This document shows, piece by piece, positions 18,227-25,266 of a stretch of 32,348 nt of DNA (position 1 is the first letter of the stretch; every line of letters begins with the position of its first letter). Location of the stretch: contig CALVEE010000069.1 in the NCBI GenBank assembly GCA_944326495.1, positions 1-32,348 of the forward strand, written 5' to 3'. This DNA is from Candidatus Gastranaerophilales bacterium. Lineage in GTDB: Bacteria > Cyanobacteriota > Vampirovibrionia > Gastranaerophilales > Gastranaerophilaceae. The position numbers were made by a program, and so were the translations under genes. The notes under the pieces are model-generated. The model was not told the origin of the DNA, made no database searches, and saw nothing but the letters and a program-made list of their open reading frames with translations.

Positions 18227-19167
18227 TGTTCAATAGAGTCCTGTTCAAAAAAAGAATACTTTTTGTCGGAATTCCTGATATGGCTTATATCGGGCTCGAC
18301 GGGCTTTTGATGGCAGGCGTTAATATTGTCGGGGTTATGGGGCCTAAAAAAGACCATAATATGTTTTATGATTTTAAGCAGTTTGTTCTTTCAAGAAGGC
18401 TTAATTATATAGATTACGATGAACTTGATGAGCCGCAGCTAATTGAAACAATACGTGCTCTGGATATAGATGCGGCTGTTGTCTGCTCGTTTAATTACAA
18501 AATCCCTAAAATCCTTTTGGAGTCAGTAAAAGACGGATTTATTAATGTCCATCCATCAATGCTTCCAAAATACAGGGGCGGAAATCCTTATTCAAGAGTT
18601 ATTATGAACGGCGAGACAGAGACCGGAGTTACAATTCATTTTATGGATGAAAGCTTTGATACAGGAGATATTATTGCACAGAAACCTTATCATATACATT
18701 CAAAAGCTACAATGGGAACTATTTTTAACGAACTGAATGTAATCGGGATTGAACTTTTGCTTCAGGTTCTGCAGGCATATGAAAATCAGCCTCTTCCGCG
18801 GATTAAACAGCCGGCAGGAGAGTTTGTGTCGGGAAAAGGGTTAAGCGAAAAAGAAGTTTTCATTAATTATAATAAAACCGCAGAAGAAATCGAACGGTTT
18901 GTGCGCGCCCTTAATCCGTTTATTCTTGCAAGTACAACATTCCGCGGAAATATGATGAAGATAATGAAAGTAGAGGTTGCATCAGACGCTTTTTGTATTC
19001 CTCATCCTGCCGGAACTGTAGCAAAAATTGAGGACGACAAGTTTTTTATTGCAACCTCAAAGGGGCTTGTTGTGCCGACAGTTATGCAATTCGGGAGCTT
19101 CTTTATGGGAGACAGCAAAGACTTTTTAAGAATAGTTAACCCCAAAATCGGCGAAGAATTCAAATAG
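18226..19167 (+). CDS. N10-formyl-THF-dependent formyltransferase, Fmt-like paralogue
   Basis: INVHPSMLPKYRGGNP, ETGVTIH, DTGDII, Fmt-type C-terminal domain. TAATG overlap with the upstream gene. Confidence 0.88.
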   Translation: MFNRVLFKKRILFVGIPDMAYIGLDGLLMAGVNIVGVMGPKKDHNMFYDFKQFVLSRRLNYIDYDELDEPQLIETIRALDIDAAVVCSFNYKIPKILLESVKDGFINVHPSMLPKYRGGNPYSRVIMNGETETGVTIHFMDESFDTGDIIAQKPYHIHSKATMGTIFNELNVIGIELLLQVLQAYENQPLPRIKQPAGEFVSGKGLSEKEVFINYNKTAEEIERFVRALNPFILASTTFRGNMMKIMKVEVASDAFCIPHPAGTVAKIEDDKFFIATSKGLVVPTVMQFGSFFMGDSKDFLRIVNPKIGEEFK

Positions 19168-19376
19168 GGGGGGGGTAAATATATGAAGTGTATTTATCGG
19201 GAGACATTAGATCAAGATGCCAGGTTGGATTTAAGATTACAGGTCTCCCTCAATGGTCAAACTACAGGAATGCAGGGGGGGGAAATGTATGAAGTGTGTT
19301 TGTCGGGAGACATTAGGTCAAGATGACAGGTTAGATTTAAGATTACAGGTCTCCCTCGATAGTCGAACTACAGGAA
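19167..19376 (+). repeat. Two tandem 106-bp units, each led by a poly-G tract
   Basis: 19177-19270 vs 19283-19376: 85/94 identical. Each contains GGGAGAC-N37-GTCTCCC. Confidence 0.95.
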
Positions 19377-19388
19377 AATAGGCAGGGG

Positions 19389-20219
19389 ATGAATAAAGAT
19401 ATGGATAAGTTGAATTTTTTAACAGCAGGGGTACCGCTAAGAGCGGGTAATAAAGGATATGGAGCCGGGTTTGAAATACTTAATGATATGGGCTTAGACG
19501 GGCTTGAGCTGGAATTTGTAAGAGGAGTCAGAATAAGCGATAAAAGCCGTGAAGCTGTCAGTAAGTCCGGAAAAGTTATTACTGCACATGCCCCTTTTTA
19601 TGTTAACTTAAATGCTCGTGAGCCGGAGAAAGTTGAAGCAAGCGCGCAGAGAATTATTGAGACTGCCATAACTGCAAACGAGCTTGGCGGATACAGTATA
19701 ACATTCCATGCAGCTTATTATCTCGATATGGATAAGGAGCTTGTTTTCAAACAGGTTGAGGCGCAAACAAGGTTGATAACAGAAGCGCTTGCAAAAGATA
19801 ATAATAAGATTTGGATAAGACCGGAGACAACCGGAAAAGGTACGCAATGGGGGGATTTGGAAGAGATTATAAGATTATCTAAAGAGTTTGAAACAGTTCT
19901 TCCCTGCGTTGATTTTTCCCATCTTCACGCAAGATATAATGGAATTTCTAATACTTATGATGAGTTTTGCGCAATCTTTGAAAAGATTGGAAACGAACTC
20001 GGGCAGAGAGCGTTAGAGAATTTTCACGCTCATATTGCCGGGATTGAGTACGGGGCTAAAGGCGAAAAGAAGCATTTGAACCTTGAAGAGTCTGACTTTA
20101 ATTACAAGGATTTATTGAAAGCGTTTAAAGCGTTCAGCGTAAAAGGTGCTGTTGTCTGCGAAAGTCCTAATATTGAAGATGACGCCAAACTACTTAAGGA
20201 TTACTATTTGAGTTTGTAA
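19389..20219 (+). CDS. nfo: Endonuclease IV-like TIM-barrel AP endonuclease
   Basis: HAPFYVNL, FHAAYY, RPETTGK, CVDFSHLHAR, HAH, KKHL, VCESP metal ligands. Start could be 19401. Confidence 0.85.
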   Translation: MNKDMDKLNFLTAGVPLRAGNKGYGAGFEILNDMGLDGLELEFVRGVRISDKSREAVSKSGKVITAHAPFYVNLNAREPEKVEASAQRIIETAITANELGGYSITFHAAYYLDMDKELVFKQVEAQTRLITEALAKDNNKIWIRPETTGKGTQWGDLEEIIRLSKEFETVLPCVDFSHLHARYNGISNTYDEFCAIFEKIGNELGQRALENFHAHIAGIEYGAKGEKKHLNLEESDFNYKDLLKAFKAFSVKGAVVCESPNIEDDAKLLKDYYLSL

Positions 20220-20265
20220 ATTATTTGTTATCATAAGTATTCCAATAAAAACAAAAAGAACGTTT

Positions 20266-20336
20266 TCCTCTCCCTACGGGAGAGGAGCAGCCGTGTTTGA
20301 GGCGGGAGCCGAAAACTACGGATGCGGTGAGGGGGC
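20266..20336 (+). repeat. BoxC-like repeat, type A insert
   Basis: Near-identical to 4949-5020. Apical loop GGGA. Confidence 0.92.
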
Positions 20337-20421
20337 AATGTTATCCCGCAAGGAAAAGTTAAAAACGGAAAGATATAAATTTGAAAACTTTATCTTCAAT
20401 ATTCCCCTAACGGGGCTGCCA

Positions 20422-20492
20422 CCTCACCAAGAATTTCTAATACTCAACTGACGTTTCGTATTGAAATTCTATCCTCTCCCGTAAGGCGAGGA
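20422..20492 (-). repeat. BoxC-like repeat, type B insert
   Basis: Minus strand TCCTCGCC-TTACG-GGAGAGGA, GAATTTC AATAC GA AAC GTCA GTT GA GTATT A GAAATTC, GGTGAGG. Confidence 0.88.
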
Positions 20493-20544
20493 AGTGTGCA
20501 AGCCTTGATTTATTTTAAGTGTTCCAATAACAAAAAGTACGCCT

Positions 20545-20614
20545 TCCTCTCCCTACGGGAGAGGAGCAGCCGTGTTTGAGGCCATGCCGAAAACTACGGA
20601 TGCGGTGAGGGGGC
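20545..20614 (+). repeat. BoxC-like repeat, type A insert
   Basis: Near-identical to 4949-5020. Apical loop CAT. The downstream AT-rich tail is also shared with 5021-5100. Confidence 0.92.
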
Positions 20615-20864
20615 AGTCAATACAGACAAATAAAAAATTATAAAATGAATTCTAAAAGAACAGTTTATTTAGATAATATAATTATAAGTTAATATTGGAC
20701 ATGTATGCTTAACCAACCACCGATTTACAATCTTGTTTTTACAGGACAGTTATACCACAACAGCGAAGGAAGGCTCTATGCTTAGCGCCGACTCCCTCCC
20801 TTTTGAGGCACTAGTGTCCAAGAAAAATTTTAGAGGTTCGCCCCCAGCCAAATATCAGTTAGAA

Positions 20865-20910
20865 CCCCTCCCCGAAATCAAAGATTTCGACCCTCCCACA
20901 GGGGGCGGGT
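20865..20910 (-). repeat. BoxC-like repeat with short hairpin insert
   Basis: Minus strand CCCGCCCC-CTGT-GGGAGGG, CGAAATC-TTT-GATTTCG, GGGAGGGG. Confidence 0.75.
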
Positions 20911-20934
20911 AGGCTCCACGCCTGGTGTGACGGC

Positions 20935-21007
20935 TCCCTCGCCCCTTGTGGGAGAGGGAAGAATTTCAAGTTGAGCTTTAGCGAAACTTTGAAATTCGGG
21001 TGAGGGG
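20935..21007 (+). repeat. BoxC-like repeat, type D insert
   Basis: TCCCTCGCCCCTTGTGGGAGAGGG, GAATTTC AAGTT GA GC TTTA GC GA AACTT T GAAATTC, GGGTGAGGGG. Second copy at 23169-23240 (-). Confidence 0.9.
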
Positions 21008-21080
21008 TCTTTTTTATGTCTTTACATTATATTATTTTATATAAGGGTTTCTCTTTTCAATTTTTCTTGGACACTAATGC

Positions 21081-21143
21081 GCCCTACGGGAGAGGATAGA
21101 ATTTCAAAAACAGAAGTTGAGTATTAGAAATTCTTAGTGAGGG
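21081..21143 (+). repeat. 5'-truncated, degenerate BoxC-like repeat, type B
   Basis: GCCCTACGGGAGAGGATAGAATTTC...GTTGAGTATTAGAAATTCTTAGTGAGGG. Lacks the first TCCT, where it abuts the MITE end. Confidence 0.8.
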
Positions 21144-21334
21144 TGCAGTAAGACATTAAGTTAACGAGATTTTTCAAGCTCACTAAATAATTATTTTCGT
21201 CCTTAGAATAACGATGAGTATGAGAAGTTTTGTCGTTTGGACATACTTGTACAACAATAACTTATAATTACATTATCCAAACAAACTGTCCTTGTAAAAC
21301 TTATTTTATAATTTTTATTCATACCTGCAAACTA

Positions 21335-21403
21335 CCCCCTCACCGCATTCGTAGTTTTCGGCACAGCCTCAAACACGGCTGCTCCTCTCCCGTAGGGCGA
21401 GGA
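21335..21403 (-). repeat. BoxC-like repeat, type A insert, about 30 nt downstream of the flagellin stop
   Basis: Reverse complement matches the type A copies. Apical loop TGT. Confidence 0.9.
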
Positions 21404-21435
21404 AATTTGCCTGAGATTTTGAAAGAAAAACATTT

Positions 21436-23142
21436 TTACAGCAGCTGCAACGCAATCGCTGGTGTCTGGTTGGCCGTCGCAAGCAGAGTAGCTGAAGCCT
21501 GTTGGAGGATTTGCATTTTTATATATTGGGAACTTTCTTCTGCGATATCTGCGTCGCGTATGGTTGAACGTGAAGAAACAAGATTATCATACTGGATTGA
21601 TATTTCATCAAGAACGCTCTCTAAACGATTTTGAACTGACCCTAGTTCGGTTTGTTTATTTGAGAGGCTCTCAAGTATTTCATCAAGAGTTGTTAAAAGG
21701 TTCGGATTTTCTATATCAGAAGAGAGTCCGCTGATGCTAAACGCTGTTGAAAAAGTTATCTGTGATGATGTATCAGAACCTATTCCCACCTGCAAGGTTA
21801 TATCATGGATTACATTAGAAATTTTAGCTATATTTAAAGTTATAACAGCACTACTATTATCAATATTGTACAATTCCATTTTAGGATTTATATCTTCATT
21901 ATATGTCACATTATTTATTGTTACATTGTTTATGTTGCCACCTATTACACCAAGGGCAGGGGTTATAGTATCTCCTTCTGGAGATGATACTAATGCTTCT
22001 GTATAACAATTTTCTATAATACAAGAGCCTGAACTATTTCCTATAATCCCACCTGCAAGAATACCTGTAACATCCCCCAAGACAAAACAATTAGAAATAA
22101 CTGTATTACCACCATTAACATGTCCTGCAATCCCACCACCTATAAAAGTGTTTGTAATATTTACATCCGTCCAACAATTATCTACGCTTGAATTATCACC
22201 CACCAAACTTCCAACTAGTCCACCTGTCCCTCCCAAATTTGCTATAGTTACGACTCCTGTAACCCAACAATTAGAAAATTTTGTGTTATTTGCAGTTACA
22301 GCAACTGGAGAATAAACACCTTTAGTGACACTTATATTTTCAAGGCCTAAATTTTTTATTTCTGAGTTTTCTAAAGTTCCAAATAAAGGATCATTTAGAT
22401 TTGATATTATATGTCCATTGCCATCTAATACAATGCTATCTGTAGTCTGCATAACAAGACCACTACCTCTATTAATTCGTATGCCTGACATATCAATATC
22501 TTGTGCTAATACAAATTCTCCTCCAGAAATTCTAGTAGAATTTTCAAGAAGTTTTTCTAGTTCTTCTGGCGATGAAATACTATAGATTCCTCCAGTAATT
22601 GATTGACTTAGATTAACATCCTTAAAAGCTGGCATTGTACTCGTATCTCTAGGATTAATTTCATTCATAAAACCTTTTTCATTTAAAACAACTTTTTTTC
22701 CATTTATAATAGGGCCTTGAATATTTTCACCAAAAAGTTTTATTCCGTTGTATTCCGCAGTTGCCATGAGGCGATTAATCTCTAATGTTATACCGTCTGC
22801 TTCTTGTCTGATAGCATCGATTGAGCTGCTACCATAGGTGCCGTTTTGAGCTTGCACGGTGAGAGCTCTCAAGCGGGAAATTCTGTCCGATATCTGCTCT
22901 AATGTGCCCGATGCTGTTGAGACCATATCTAGGCCCATTGAGGCATTATCTTCAGCTACCTGATATGCGCCGATTTTGGTTGACATGCTGGTAGAGATTG
23001 AATAGCCAGCTGCGTTGTCTTTGGCTCCGTTGATTTTAAAGCCCGTTGTCATGCGCTCGATAGCCTGGTTTAAGCCGAGGGTTGAGTTGAGGAGGTTGGA
23101 TTGGACGATTAAGGATGAGAGATTGGTGTTGATACTTAGCAT
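21436..23142 (-). CDS. fliC: Flagellin with a central GLUG/beta-helix-like insert
   Basis: N-term SINTN, ERMTTGFKINGAKDNAAG, AEYNGIKLF. C-term LQVG, LGSVQNRLE, STIRDADIAEE, ILQQASATLLATANQTP..ALQLL. RBS AAAGGAGG. Confidence 0.95.
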   Translation of the reverse strand: MLSINTNLSSLIVQSNLLNSTLGLNQAIERMTTGFKINGAKDNAAGYSISTSMSTKIGAYQVAEDNASMGLDMVSTASGTLEQISDRISRLRALTVQAQNGTYGSSSIDAIRQEADGITLEINRLMATAEYNGIKLFGENIQGPIINGKKVVLNEKGFMNEINPRDTSTMPAFKDVNLSQSITGGIYSISSPEELEKLLENSTRISGGEFVLAQDIDMSGIRINRGSGLVMQTTDSIVLDGNGHIISNLNDPLFGTLENSEIKNLGLENISVTKGVYSPVAVTANNTKFSNCWVTGVVTIANLGGTGGLVGSLVGDNSSVDNCWTDVNITNTFIGGGIAGHVNGGNTVISNCFVLGDVTGILAGGIIGNSSGSCIIENCYTEALVSSPEGDTITPALGVIGGNINNVTINNVTYNEDINPKMELYNIDNSSAVITLNIAKISNVIHDITLQVGIGSDTSSQITFSTAFSISGLSSDIENPNLLTTLDEILESLSNKQTELGSVQNRLESVLDEISIQYDNLVSSRSTIRDADIAEESSQYIKMQILQQASATLLATANQTPAIALQLL

Positions 23143-23147
23143 GTTGA

Positions 23148-23179
23148 CCTCCTTTGGGCAGGAGTTGACCCCTCTCCTG
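23148..23179 (-). promoter_or_regulatory. Flagellin SD with anti-SD hairpin and a competing upstream pairing partner
   Basis: mRNA reads CAGGAG-AGGGGUCAA-CUCCUG-CCCAA-AGGAGG-UCAAC-AUG. CUCCU can pair with the SD or with the upstream CAGGAG. Confidence 0.55.
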
Positions 23180-23240
23180 AATTTCTAAGTTTCACGGAGC
23201 TCAACTTGAAATTCTGCCCTCTCCCGCAAGGGGCGAGGGA
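23169..23240 (-). repeat. BoxC-like repeat, type D insert, in the flagellin 5' region
   Basis: Homologous to 20935-21007. Confidence 0.9.
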
Positions 23241-23322
23241 ATAGGCTTGTAATTGGCGGGAAAGTGTGCCCCGTTCCGATCTTCCATCATTTGAGAGGAA
23301 GCCGGCGCTAAGCGTAGAGCGT

Positions 23323-23354
23323 TCCTTCCCTAATGAGGGAAGGTTAGGATGGGT
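23323..23354 (+). repeat. Minimal BoxC-like repeat
   Basis: CCTTCCC-TAATGA-GGGAAGG-TTA-GGATGGG. Confidence 0.75.
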
Positions 23355-23414
23355 GACTGCCCGAAAGGGGAGTGTATTAAAGTCGATAGCTTTAACTGGG
23401 GCAAGATTTGTTAG

Positions 23415-23450
23415 CACCCACCCCAGCCCTCCCTCATTAGGGAGGGAGGC
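23415..23450 (-). repeat. Minimal BoxC-like repeat
   Basis: Minus strand CCTCCCTCCC-TAATGA-GGGAGGG-CTG-GGGTGGG. Similar to 5201-5235. Confidence 0.75.
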
Positions 23451-23499
23451 GGCGTGTTTTAACGCAGAAAATTTTGAGAATAAAATAGCTCTAAAATAA

Positions 23500-23604
23500 C
23501 TACAAAAGCAAGCTTCTAGACTTGCCCCCCCCCCCGAAAAGCATGACTACAAGCGGGTTTGAGGCAATATACATTTTCTGCTCTGCTTCTTTTGAATACA
23601 ACAT
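23500..23604 (-). CDS. Putative flagellin leader peptide containing a G11 slippage tract (34 aa as assembled; 155 aa ending at 23136 with G10)
   Basis: Translated by hand: MLYSKEAEQKMYIASNPLVVMLFGGGGKSRSLLL*. Preceded by AAAGGA and a TATAAT -10. C11 at 23525-23535 on the plus strand. Confidence 0.6.
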   Translation of the reverse strand: MLYSKEAEQKMYIASNPLVVMLFGGGGKSRSLLL

Positions 23605-23625
23605 ACCTAATCAGTTCCTTTGATT

Positions 23626-23654
23626 ATTATACTTTATTAATTCCACATTCTCAT
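23626..23654 (-). promoter_or_regulatory. Sigma70-type promoter for the leader-flagellin transcript
   Basis: Minus strand ATGAGA-N17-TATAAT. Confidence 0.5.
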
Positions 23655-23721
23655 AATTAGTAACGCTTTTTATATAGAATTTTTACAAAAATTAACATTA
23701 TAATATTGATTAATTCTAAAC

Positions 23722-23750
23722 TTGACATAACTAGTATTTATAACGACAAT
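23722..23750 (+). promoter_or_regulatory. Sigma70-type promoter for gcvT
   Basis: TTGACA-N17-GACAAT, then RBS GGGGAG. Confidence 0.6.
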
Positions 23751-23775
23751 AAAATAAGAAACTAGGGGAGTATAT

Positions 23776-24879
23776 ATGACAAAGCAGACTTTTTTACATG
23801 ATAAACATGTTGCACTCGGTGCGCGTATGGTAGATTTTGCCGGCTGGGAGATGCCTGTGCAGTATTCATCAATTATAGATGAACATAAAACAGTGAGAGA
23901 AACAGCCGGGATCTTTGATGTGTCACATATGGGAGAAATTATTGTATATGGTGAAGACGCTCTTCCGTTTTTGAATAAACTTGTTCCGCAGGATATTACA
24001 AAACTCGTTGATTTAAAGGCTGTATATTGCCAGCTTACAAATAAGAATGGCGGAATAATTGACGATTTAATAATCTACAAACTTGAAGATAAAAAATATT
24101 TAATAATAGCGAACGCTTCACGCATAGACGAGGACTTAAACTGGATGGTCAGAAATAAATGCGGTTTTGATGTTACAATTGTAAACGAGTCGCATAATTA
24201 TTCGCTTCTGGCAGTTCAGGGGCCAAAAGCATGTGAACTTATAAAATCGCTCGGTATCGAAAATTTACCTTCATTTTTCCATATCAAAAGAGGGGAACTT
24301 TTTAACATAAATGTTTGGATTTCAAGAACCGGTTATACAGGAGAGGACGGAGTCGAAATTCTTGTACGTAATGAGTTTTCAGAATACCTCTGGGATAAAT
24401 TATTATCTACGGGAAAACCTTTTGGGATAAAGCCTATCGGACTTGGTGCAAGGGACACTTTAAGGCTTGAAGCAGGACTGCATCTATACGGTAATGATTT
24501 GGATGAAAATACAACCCCGATTGAAGCAGGATTATCCTGGTCTGTATCAAAAAATAAAACAGAAGATTACAACGGAAAGTCCGCTATTGATAAACAGCTT
24601 AAAGAAGGAATTACAAAAAAACTAATCGGATTTAAAATGCTGGATAAATCAATTGCAAGGCATGGCTATGAAATATATTCTGCTGGCGAACAGGTCGGAA
24701 TTGTAACCAGCGGCGGGGTTTCACCAATAAGAGGCGAAAATATAGGTATGGGTTATATAAAAAACCTTGACAATTTAGCTGTAGGCTCTACAATTCAAAT
24801 ATTGATACGTGAAAAACTTCACGATGCCGAAATAGTTAAACGACCATTTGTTGAAAAAAAGAACAAAACTAATATATAG
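23776..24879 (+). CDS. gcvT: Glycine cleavage aminomethyltransferase T
   Basis: FAGWEMPVQY, FDVSHMG, SRTGYTGEDG, GLGARDTLRLEAG. Confidence 0.98.
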   Translation: MTKQTFLHDKHVALGARMVDFAGWEMPVQYSSIIDEHKTVRETAGIFDVSHMGEIIVYGEDALPFLNKLVPQDITKLVDLKAVYCQLTNKNGGIIDDLIIYKLEDKKYLIIANASRIDEDLNWMVRNKCGFDVTIVNESHNYSLLAVQGPKACELIKSLGIENLPSFFHIKRGELFNINVWISRTGYTGEDGVEILVRNEFSEYLWDKLLSTGKPFGIKPIGLGARDTLRLEAGLHLYGNDLDENTTPIEAGLSWSVSKNKTEDYNGKSAIDKQLKEGITKKLIGFKMLDKSIARHGYEIYSAGEQVGIVTSGGVSPIRGENIGMGYIKNLDNLAVGSTIQILIREKLHDAEIVKRPFVEKKNKTNI

Positions 24880-24891
24880 GAGAATAGTCGA

Positions 24892-25266
24892 ATGAACGAA
24901 AGTATGTTATGCACAAAAACACACGAATATGTACTTGAGCAGGGTGATAAGTACGAAATCGGCATTACCGATTATGCAATTGAACAACTGGGAGATATTG
25001 TTTTTATTGAACTTCCGGAGACAGGCAGTGAATTTGCGAAAAACGAGGCTTTCGCTACAATTGAATCTGTAAAGGCTGCTTCTGAAATTTATATGCCTAT
25101 ATCAGGTACTGTGGTTGAAATTAACGAAGAAATTGTTAACAGTCCTGAACTCTTAAATGATGAAAGCTATGAAAATAAATGGTTAATAAAGATTACATCA
25201 AAAGCTGATCAGGTTGAATTTGCAGATTTATTGGACTACTCGGATTATAAAGAAGAAATTGAATAA
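24892..25266 (+). CDS. gcvH: Glycine cleavage H protein
   Basis: IGITDYAIEQLGDIVFIELP, lipoyl-lysine motif IESVKAASE. Confidence 0.98.
   Translation: MNESMLCTKTHEYVLEQGDKYEIGITDYAIEQLGDIVFIELPETGSEFAKNEAFATIESVKAASEIYMPISGTVVEINEEIVNSPELLNDESYENKWLIKITSKADQVEFADLLDYSDYKEEIE

Larger units (their letters stand above)
20808..21080. mobile_element. MITE-like element with 22-bp terminal inverted repeats, carrying two BoxC-like repeats
   Basis: GCACTAGTGTCCAAGAAAAATT (20808-20829) vs AATTTTTCTTGGACACTAATGC (21059-21080), 21/22 complementary. No transposase ORF and no clear target duplication. Confidence 0.7.

Noticed and set aside
19177-19376. Diversity-generating retroelement TR/VR pair
   Set aside because: A is the variant base in unit 1 at six sites but in unit 2 at three, so there is no single template. 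No reverse transcriptase, and neither unit lies in a target gene.
19183-19381. Small peptides (MKC..RETL...) in the tandem units, and a second poly-G coupling switch for nfo (G7 would read to TAG 19379-19381)
   Set aside because: Differences between units are nearly all non-synonymous, G8 is short, and unit 2 has its own ATG, so no switch is needed. Only a weak possibility.
20220-21435. CRISPR array in the repeat-rich spacer
   Set aside because: Repeats are 45-75 bp, in mixed orientation and irregularly spaced; no cas genes.
21230-21634. 134-aa plus-strand ORF and the other short antisense or nested ORFs in the track (e.g. 6942-7289, 11722-12087, 16063-16422, 23266-23499, 25765-26121)
   Set aside because: They are shadows of well-supported genes or translated repeats, with no recognisable motifs.
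23136-23604. Frameshifted N-terminal extension of flagellin
   Set aside because: No tract length gives a fusion: the flagellin frame is blocked by TAG 23502-23500, and flagellin has its own SD and canonical N-terminus.
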